A stretch of DNA of 64,000 nt, from NCBI GenBank assembly GCA_964016885.1, contig OZ024745.1, positions 82,212,001 through 82,276,000 on the forward strand, written 5' to 3'. The stretch is from Eledone cirrhosa (Eukaryota). Both the position numbers and the translations under genes were made by a program. Below the pieces are notes generated by a model. It saw only the letters and a list, made by a program, of their open reading frames with translations, did not search any database and was not told the origin of the DNA. Below are positions 49,251-61,100 of this stretch, one piece after another (within the stretch, counting starts at the first letter, position 1; each line of letters opens with the position of its first letter).

Positions 49251-52200
49251 TGATAACGTATTCCCACAAAATTAATAATCCACTCACACCAAATTGATAA
49301 CATATTCCCACAAAATTAATAATTCACTCACACCAAATTGATAACATATTCCCACAAAATTGATTATTCACTCTTATCAAATTGATAACACATTCCCATT
49401 AAACTGAAAATTCACTCGCACTAAATTGATAACATATTCCCACAAAATTGATAATGCTCTCACACAAAATTGATAACATATTCCCACAGAATTAATAATT
49501 CACTCACACCAAATTGATAACTTATTCCCACAAAATTGATAATTCAATCACACCCAATTGATAACATATTCCCACAAATTTGATAATTCACTCGCACCAA
49601 ATTGATAACATATTCCCACAAAATTAATAATTCACTCACACCAAATTGATAACGTATTCCCAGATAATTAATAATTCACTCACACCAAATTGATAACATA
49701 TCCCCATTAAACTGATACTTCAATCACACACAATTGATAACATATTCCCACAAAATTGATAATTCACTCACACCAAATTGATAACTTATTCCCATAAAAT
49801 TAATAATTCACTCACACCAAATTGATAACATATTTCCACAAAATTGATAATTCACTCGCACCAAATTGATAACGTATTGCCACAAAATTAATAATCCACT
49901 CACAGCAAATTGATAACATATTCCCACAAAATTAATAATCGACTCACAGCAAATTGATAACATATTCCCACAAAATTAATAATCCACTCACACTAAATTG
50001 ATAACGTATTGCCACAAAATTAATAATCCACTCACACCAAATTGATAACATATTCCCACAAAATTGATTATTCACTCTTACCAAATTGATAACACATTCC
50101 CATTAAACTGATAATTCACTCGCACTAAATTGATAACATATTCCCACAAAATTGATAATGCTCTCACACCAAATTGATAACATATTCCCACAAAATTAAT
50201 AATTCACTCACAACAAATTGATAACTTATTCCCACAAAATTGATAATTCAATCACACACAATTGATAACATATTCCCACAGCATTGATAATTCACTCGCA
50301 CCAAATTGATAACATATTCCCACAAAATTAATAATTCACTCACACCAAATTGAGGACATATTCCCATAATATTTATAATTAACTCGCACCAAATTAATAA
50401 CGTATTCCCACAAAATTAATAATTCACGCACACCAAATTGATAACATATTCCCTCAAAATTAATAATTAACTCACACCAAATTGATAACTTATTCCCACA
50501 AAGTTGATTATTCAATTACACACAATTGATAACATATTCCCACAAAATTAATAATTCACTCACACGAAATTGATAAAATAATCCCATAAAATTAATAATC
50601 CACTCACTCCAAATTGATAACGTATTCCCACAAAATTAATAATCCACTCACACCAAATTGATAACATATTCCCACAAAATTAATAATTCACTCACACCAA
50701 ATTGATAACATATTCCCACAAAATTGATTATTCACTCATAGCAATTTGATAACATATTCCCACAAAATTAACAATTGACTCACACCAAATTGATAACAGA
50801 TTCCCATAAAATTTATAATTCACTCGCACCAAATTGATAACGTATTCCCACAAAATTAATAATTCACGCACCCCAAATTGATAACATATTCCCACAAAAT
50901 TAATAATCCACTCTCACTAAATTGATAACATATTTTCACAAAATTAATAATCCACTCACACCAAATTGATAACATATTCCCACAAAATTAATAATTCACT
51001 CACACCAAATTGATAACATATTCCCACAAAATTGATTATTCACTCATAGCAATTTGATAACATATTCCCACAAAATTAATAATTCACTCACACCAAATTG
51101 ATAACATATTCCCATAAAATTTATAATTCACTCGCACCAAATTGATAACGTATTCACACAAAATTAATAATTCACGCACACCAAATTGATAACATATTCC
51201 CACAAAATTAATAATCCACTCACACTAAATTGATAACATATTCCCACAAAATTAATAATCCACTCACACCAAATTGATAACATATTCCCACAAAATTTGT
51301 AATTCACTCACACCAAATTGATAACATATTCCCATGAAACTGATAATTCAATCCCACACAATTGATAACAGATTTCCACAAAATTAATAATTCACTCGCA
51401 CCCAATTGATAACTTATTCCCAGAAAATTAATAATCCACTCACACCAAATTGATAACTTATTCCTATAAAATTAATAATTCACTCACACCAAATTGATAA
51501 CATATTCCCACAAAATTAATTATCCACTCACACCAAATTGATAACATTTTACCACAAAATTAATAATCCTCTCACACCAAATTGATAACGTATTCCCAGA
51601 ATATTAATAATCCACTCACACCAAATTCATAACTTATTCCCACAAAATTGATAATTCACTCACACGAAATTGATAACATATTCCCACAAAATTGATAATT
51701 CACTCGCACCAAATTGATAACATATTCTCACAAAATTAATAATCCACTCACACCAAATTGATAACATATTCCCACAAAATTAATAATTCACTCACACCAA
51801 ATTGATAACATGTTCCATCAAAATTAGTAATTAACTCACACCAAATTGATAACATATTCCCATTACACTCATAATTCAATCACACCCAATTGATAACATA
51901 TTTCCACAAGATTAATAATTCACTCACACGAAATTGATAACATATTCCGACAAAATTAATAATCCACTCACACCAAATTGATAACATATTCCCACAAAAT
52001 ATATAATTCACTCACACCAAATTGATAACATATTCCCACAAAATAAATAATCGACTCACAGCAAATTGATAACATATCCCCACAAAATTAATAATCCACT
52101 CACACCAAATTGATAACGTATTCCCACAAAATTAATAATCCACTCCCACCAAATTGATAACATATTCCCACAAAATTAATAATCGACTCACAGCAAATTG

Positions 52201-54130
52201 ATAACATATCCCCACAAAATTAATAATCCACTCACACCAAATTAATAACGTATTCCCAGAAAATTAATAATCTACTCACACCAAATTGATAACATATTCC
52301 CACAAATTTAATAATCCACCCACACCCAATTGATAACATATTCCCACAAAATTAATAATTCACTCACACCAAATCGATAACATATTCCCACAAAATTAAT
52401 AATCCACTCACATCAAATTGATAACATATTACCACAAAATTAATAATCCTCTCACACCAAATTGATAACATATTCCCAGAATATTAATAATCCACTCACA
52501 CGAAATTGATAACTTATTCCCACAAGATTGATAATTCACTCACACGAAATTGATAACATATTTCCAAAAAATTGATAATTCACTCGCACCAAATTGATAA
52601 CATATTCCCACAAAATTAATGATCCACTCACACCAAATTGAAAACATATTCCCACAAAATTAATAATTCACTCACACCGAATTGATAACATATTCCCACA
52701 AAATTGATTATTCACTCTTACCAAATTAATAACACATTCCCATTAAACTGATAATTCACTCACACCAAATTGATAACATATTCCCACAAAATTGATTATT
52801 CACTCTTACCAAATTGATAACACATTCCCATTAAACTGATAATTCACTCGCACCAAATTGATAACATATTCCAACAAAAATTGTAATTCACTCACACCAA
52901 ATTGATAACATATTCCCACAAAATTAATAATTGACTCACAGCAAATTGATAACATATCCCAACAAAATTAATAATCCACTCACACCAAATTGATAACGTA
53001 TTCCCACAAAATTAATAATCCACTCACATCAAATTGATAGCATATTCCCACAAAATTGATAATTCACTCACACCAAACTGATAACATATTCCACGAAATT
53101 AATAATCCACTCACACCAAATTGATAACATATTCCCACAAGATTGATAATTCACTCACGCCAAATTGATAACATATTCCCACAAAATAAATAATTCACTC
53201 ACACCAAATTGATAACATATTCCCAATAAACAGATGATACAATCACACGAAATTTATAACATATTTCCACAAAATTAATAATTCACTCACACGAAATTGA
53301 TAACTTATTCCCAGAAAATTAATAATCCACTCACACCAAATTGATAACATATTCCCGCAAAATTGATAATACACTCCCACCAAATTGATAACTTATTCCC
53401 ATAAAATTAATAATTCACTCACACCAAATTGATAACATATTCCCACAAAATTAATAATCCACTCACACCAAATTGATAACATATTCCCACAAAATTGATA
53501 ATTTACTCGCACCAAATTGATAACATATTCCCACTAAATTAATAATCGACTCATAGCAAATTGATAACATATTCCATCAAAATTAATAATCCACTCACAC
53601 CAAATTGATAACGTATTCCCACAAAATTAATAATCCACTCACATCAAATTGATAGCATATTCCCACAAAATTGATAATTCACTCACACCAAACTCATAAC
53701 ATATTCCACAAAATTAATAACCAATCACACCAAATTGATAACATATTCCCACAAGATTGATAATTCACTCACGCCAAATTGATAACATATTCCCACAAAA
53801 TAAATAATTCACTCCCACCAAATTTATAGCATATTCCCACTAAATTAATAATTCAGTCACACCAAATTGATAACGTATTCTCACAAAATTGATAATTCAC
53901 TCACACCAAATTGATAACATATTCCCATAAAATTAATAATTCACTCACACCAAATTTATAACATATTCCCACAAAATTAATAATCCACACACCCCAAATT
54001 GATAACATATTACCACAAAATTAATAATCCTCTCACAACAAATTGATAACGTATTCCCAGAAAATTAATAATCCACTCACACCAAATTGATAACTTATTC
54101 CCACAAAATTGATAATTCACTCACACGAAA

Positions 54131-55112
54131 TGAATTATCAGTTTCATGGGAATATGTTATCAATTTGGTGTGAGTGAATTACAAATTTTGTGGGAATATG
54201 TTATCAATTTGGTGTGAGTGGATTATTAATTTTGTGGGAATATGTTATCAATTTAGTGTGAGTGGATTATTAATTTTGTGGGAATATGTTATCAATTTGG
54301 TGTGCGTGAATTATTAATTTTGTGTGAATACGTTATCAATTTGGTGCGAGTGAATTATAAATTTTATGGGAATATGTTATCAATTTGGTGTGAGTGAATT
54401 ATTAATTTTGTGGGAATATGTTATCAAATTGCTATGAGTGAATAATCAATTTTGTGGGAATATGTTATCAATTTGGTGTGAGTGAATTATTAATTTTGTG
54501 GGAATATGTTATCAATTTGGTGTGAGTGGATTATTAATTTTGTGAAAATATGTTATCAATTTAGTGAGAGTGGATTATTAATTTTGTGGGAATATGTTAT
54601 CAATTTGGGGTGCGTGAATTATTAATTTTGTGGGAATACGTTATCAATTTGGTGCGAGTGAATTATAAATTTTATGGGAATATGTTATCAATTTGGTGTG
54701 AGTGAATTATTAATTTTGTGGGAATATGTTATCAAATTGCTATGAGTGAATAATCAATTTTGTGGGAATATGTTATCAATTTGGTGTGAGTGAATTATTA
54801 ATTTTGTGGGAATATGTTATCAATTTGGTGTGAGTGGATTATTAATTTTGTGGGAATACGTTATCAATTTGGAGTGAGTGGATTATTAATTTTATGGGAT
54901 TATTTTATCAATTTCGTGTGAGTGGATAATTAATTTTGTGGGAATATGTTATCAATTGTGTGTAATTGAATAATCAACTTTGTGGGAATAAGTTATCAAT
55001 TTGGTGTGAGTTAATTATTAATTTTGAGGGAATATGTTATCAATTTGGTGTGCGTGAATTATTAATTTTGTGGGAATACGTTATTAATTTGGTGCGAGTT
55101 AATTATAAATAT
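54131..55112 (-). repeat. Inverted 982-bp block (~22 monomers) of the same satellite
   Basis: The sequence switches to the reverse complement (GGGAATATGTTATCAATTTGGTGTGAGTG...). Its reverse complement follows the same variant order and length as 40479-41460 and 50369-51350. Confidence 0.97.
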
Positions 55113-55125
55113 AAATATAAATATT
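55105..55125. repeat. Junctional micro-triplication (ATAAAT)x3 + ATT at the right inversion breakpoint
   Basis: Reads AATT-ATAAAT-ATAAAT-ATAAAT-ATT-GATAAC. The template reverse complement has one ATAAAT followed by ATTATGGG, so 12 bp are extra. Confidence 0.93.
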
Positions 55126-58100
55126 GATAACATTTTACCACAAAATTAATAATCCTCTCACACCAAATTGATAACGTATTCCCAGAATATTAATAATCCA
55201 CTCACACCAAATTCATAACTTATTCCCACAAAATTGATAATTCACTCACACGAAATTGATAACATATTCCCACAAAATTGATAATTCACTCGCACCAAAT
55301 TGATAACATATTCTCACAAAATTAATAATCGACTCACAGCAAATTGATAACATATTCCCACAAAATTAATAATCCACTCACACCCAATTGATAACATATT
55401 CCCACAAAATTAATAATTCACTCACACCAAATTGATAACATATTCCCACAAAATTGATTATTCACTCTTACCAAATTGATAACACATTCCCATTAAACTG
55501 AAAATTCACTCGCACTAAATTGATAACATATTCCCACAAAATTGATAATGCTCTCACACCAAATTGATAACATATTCCCACAGAATTAATAATTCACTCA
55601 CACAAAATTGATAACTTATTCCCACAAAATTGATAATTCAATCACACCCAATTGATAACATATTCCCACAAATTTGATAATTCACTCGCACCAAATTGAT
55701 AACATATTCCCACAAAATTAATAATTCACTCACACCAAATTGACAACATATTCCCATAAAATTTATAATTCACTCGCACCAAATTGATAACGTATTCCCA
55801 GAAAATTAATAATTCACACACACCAAATTGATAACATATCCCGATTAAACTGATACTTCAATCACACACAATTGATAACATATTTCCACAAAATTAATAA
55901 TCCACTCACACTAAATTGATAACGTATTGCCACAAAATTAATAATCCACTCACACCAAATTGATAACATATTCCCACAAACTTGATTATTCACTCTTACC
56001 AAATTGATAACACATTCCCATTAAACTGATAATTCACTCGCACTAAATTGATAACATATTCCCACAAAATTGATAATGCTCTCACACCAAATTGATAACA
56101 TATTCCCACAAAATTAATAATTCACTCACAACAAATTGATAACTTATTCCCACAAAATTGATAATTCAATCACACCCAATTGATAACATATTCCCACAGC
56201 ATTGATAATTCACTCACACCAAATTGATAACATATTCCCACAAAATTAATAATCCACTCACGCCAAATTGATAACATTCCCACAAAATTAATAATCCACT
56301 CACAACAAATTGATAACATATTCCCACAAAATTAATAATCCACTCACACCAAATTGATAACATATTCCCAGAAAATTAGTAATTCACTCACACCAAATTG
56401 ATAACATATTCCCAATAAACAGATGATACAATCACACGAAATTTATAACATATTTCCACAAAATTAATAATTCACTCACACGAAATTGATAACTTATTCC
56501 CAGAAAATTAATAATCCACTCACACCAAATTGATAACATATTCCCACAAAATTGATAATACACTCCCACCAAATTGATAACTTATTCCCATAAAATTAAT
56601 AATTCACTCACACCAAATTAATAACATATTCCCACAAAATTAATAATCCACTCACACCAAATTGATAACATATTCCCACAAAATTGATAATTTACTCGCA
56701 CCAAATTGATAACATATTCCCACAAAATTAATAATCGACTCATAGCAAATTGATAACATATTCCATCAAAATTAATAATCCACTCACACCAAATTGATAA
56801 CGTATTCCCACAAAATTAATAATCCACTCACATCAAATTGATAGCATATTCCCACAAAATTGATAATTCACTCACACCAAACTCATAACATATTCCACAA
56901 AATTAATAACCAATCACACCAAATTGATAACATATTCCCACAAGATTGATAATTCACTCACGCCAAATTGATAACATATTCCCAAAAAATAAATAATTCA
57001 CTCCCACCAAATTTATAGCATATTCCCACTAAATTAATAATTCAGTCACACCAAATTGATAACGTATTCTCACAAAATTGATAATTCACTCACACCAAAT
57101 TGATAACATATTCCCATAAAATTAATAATTCACTCACACCAAATTTATAACATATTCCCACAAAATTAATAATCCACTCACCCCAAATTGATAACATATT
57201 ACCACAAAATTAATAATCCTCTCACAACAAATTGATAACGTATTCCCAGAAAATTAATAATCCACTCACACCAAATTGATAACTTATTCCCACAAAATTG
57301 ATAATTCACTCACACGAAATAAATAACATATTCCCACAAAATTGATAATTCACTCACACCAAACTGATAAAATATTCCCACAAAATTATTAATCGACTCA
57401 CAGCAAATTTATAACATATCCCCACAAAATTAATAATCCACTCACACCAAATTGATAACGTATTCCCACAAAATTAATAATCCACTCACACCAAATTGAT
57501 AACATATTCCCACAAAATTGATAATTCACTCACACCAAATTGATAACATATTCCCAGAAAATTTATAATTCACTCACACCAAATTGCTAACATATTCCCA
57601 CAAAATTGATTATTCACTCACACCAAATTGATAACATATTCCCAGAAAATTAATAATTCACTCACACGAAATTGATAACATATTCCCACAAAATTAATAA
57701 TCCACTCACACCAAATTGATAACGTATTCCCACAAAATTAATAATCCACTCACACCAAATTGATAACATATTCCCACAAAATTAATAATTCACTCACACC
57801 AAATTGATAACATGTTCCATCAAAATTAGTAATTAACTCACACCAAATTGATAACATATTCCCATTACACTCATAATTCAATCACACCCAATTGATAACA
57901 TATTTCCACAAGATTAATAATTCACTCACACGAAATTGATAACATATTCCGACAAAACTAATAATCCACTCACACCAAATTGATAACATATTCCCACAAA
58001 ATATATAATTCACTCACACCAAATTGATAACATATTCCCACAAAATTAATAATCGACTCACAGCAAATTGATAACATATCCCCACAAAATTAATAATCCA

Positions 58101-61100
58101 CTCACACCAAATTGATAACGTATTCCCACAAAATTAATAATCCACTCCCACCAAATTGATAACATATTCCCACAAAATTAATAATCGACTCACAGCAAAT
58201 TGATAACATATCCCCACAAAATTAATAATCCACTCACACCAAATTAATAACGTATTCCCACAAAATTAATAATCTACTCACACCAAATTGATAACATATT
58301 CCCACAAATTTAATAATCCACCCACACCCAATTGATAACATATTCCCACAAAATTAATAATTCACTCACACCAAATCGATAACATATTCCCACAAAATTA
58401 ATAATCCACTCACATCAAATTGATAACACATTACCACAAAATTAATAATCCTCTCACACCAAATTGATAACGTATTCCCAGAATATTAATAATCCACTCA
58501 CACGAAATTGATAACTTATTCACTCAAGATTGATAATTCACTCACACGAAATTGATAACATATTTCCAAAAAATTGATAATTCACTCGCACCAAATTGAT
58601 AACATATTCCCACAAAATTAATGATCCACTCACACCAAATTGAAAACATATTCCCACAAAATTAATAATTCACTCACACCGAATTGATAACATATTCCCA
58701 CAAAATTGATTATTCACTCTTACCAAATTGATAACACATTCCCATTAAACTGATAATTCACTCACACCAAATTGATAACATATTCCCACAAAATTAATAA
58801 TCGACTCACAGCAAATTGACAACATATCCCAACAAAATTAATAATCCACTCACACCAAATTGATAACGTATTCCCACAAAATTAATAATCCACTCACATC
58901 AAATTGATAGCATATTCCCACAAAATTGATAATTCACTCACACCAAACTGATAACATATTCCACGAAATTAATAATCCACTCACACCAAATTGATAACAT
59001 ATTCCCACAAGATTGATAATTCACTCACGCCAAATTGATAACATATTCCCACAAAATAAATAATTCACTCACACCAAATTTATAGCATATTCCCACTAAA
59101 TTAATAATTCAGTCACACCAAATTGATAACGTATTCTCACAAAATTGATAATTCACTCACACCAAATTGATAACATATTCCCATAAAATTAATAATTCAC
59201 TCACACCAAATTTATAACATATTCCCACAAAATTAATAATCCACTCACCCCAAATGGATAACATATTACCACAAAATTAATAATCCTCTCACAACAACTT
59301 GATAACGTATTCCCAGAAAATTAATAATCCACTCACACCAAATTGATAACTTATTCCCACAAAATTGATAATTCACTCACACGAAATGAATAACATATTC
59401 CCACAAAATTGATAATTCACTCACACCAAACTGATAAAATATTCCCACAAAATTATTAATCGACTCACAGCAAATTTATAACATATCCGCACAAAATTAA
59501 TAATCCACTCACACCAAATTGATAACGTATTCCCACAAAATTAATAATCCACTCACACCAAATTGATAACATATTCCCACAAAATTAATAATTCACTCAC
59601 ACCAAATTGATAACATATTCCCACAAAATTGATTATTCACTCATAGCAATTTGATAACATATTCCCACAAAATTAATAATTGACTCACACCAAATTGATA
59701 ACATATTCCCATAAAATTTATAATTCACTTGCACCAAATTGATAACGTATTCCCACAAAATTAATAATTCACGCACACCAAATTGATAACATATTCCCAC
59801 AAAATTAATAATCCACTCACACTAAATTGATAACATATTCCCACAAAATTAATAATCCACTCACACCAAATTGATAACATATTCCCACAAAATTAATAAT
59901 CCACTCACACCAAATTGATAACATATTCCCACAAAATTAGTAATTCACTCACACCAAATTGATAACATATTCCCATGAAACTGATAATTCAATCCCACAC
60001 AATTGATAACAGATTTCCACAAAATTAATAATTCACTCACACCCAATTGATAACTTATTCCCAGAAAATTAATAATCCACTCACACCAAATTGATAACTT
60101 ATTCCTATAAAATTAATAATTCACTCACACCAAATTGATAACATATTCCCACAAAATTAATTTTCCACTCACACCAAATTGATAACATTTTTCCACAAAA
60201 TTAATAATCCTCTCACACCAAATTGATAACGTATTCCCAGAATATTAATAATCCACTCACACCAAATTCATAACTTATTCCCACAAAATTGATAATTCAC
60301 TCACACGAAATTGATAACATATTCCCACAAAATTGATAATTCACTCGCACCAAATTGATAACATATTCTCACAAAATTAATAATCGACTCACAGCAAATT
60401 GATAACATATTCCCACAAAATTAATAATCCACTCACACCCAATTGATAACATATTCCCACAAAATTAATAATTCACTCACACCAAATTGATAACATATTC
60501 CCACAAAATTGATTATTCACTCTTATCAAATTGATAACACATTCCCATTAAACTGAAAATTCACTCGCACTAAATTGATAACATATTCCCACAAAATTGA
60601 TAATGCTCTCACACAAAATTGATAACATATTCCCACAGAATTAATAATTCACTCGCACCAAATTGATAACATTTTACCACAAAATTAATAATCCTCTCAC
60701 ACCAAATTGATAACGTATTCCCAGAATATTAATAATCCACTCACACCAAATTCATAACTTATTCCCACAAAATTGATAATTCACTCACACGAAATTGATA
60801 ACATATTCCCACAAAATTGATAATTCACTCGCACCAAATTGATAACATATTCCCACAAAATTAATAATTCACTCACACCAAATTGATAACTTATTCCCAC
60901 AAAATTGATAATTCAATCACACCCAATTGATAACATATTCCCACAAATTTGATAATTCACTCGCACCAAATTGATAACATATTCCCAGAAAATTAATAAT
61001 TCACTCACACCAAATTGACAACATATCCCCATTAAACTGATACTTCAATCACACACAATTGATAACATATTCCCACAAAATTGATAATTCACTCACACCA

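Noticed and set aside
55104-55122. TATAAA repeats as a TATA-box promoter
   Set aside because: They are fully explained as a junctional triplication in AT-rich DNA, and there is no downstream gene or other promoter evidence.
54131-55125. Inverted block as a transposon/MITE or a recombinase-controlled invertible switch
   Set aside because: It consists purely of satellite monomers, with no terminal inverted repeats, target-site duplication or paired recombination sites. The junctions are asymmetric and show loss of sequence and a templated insertion.
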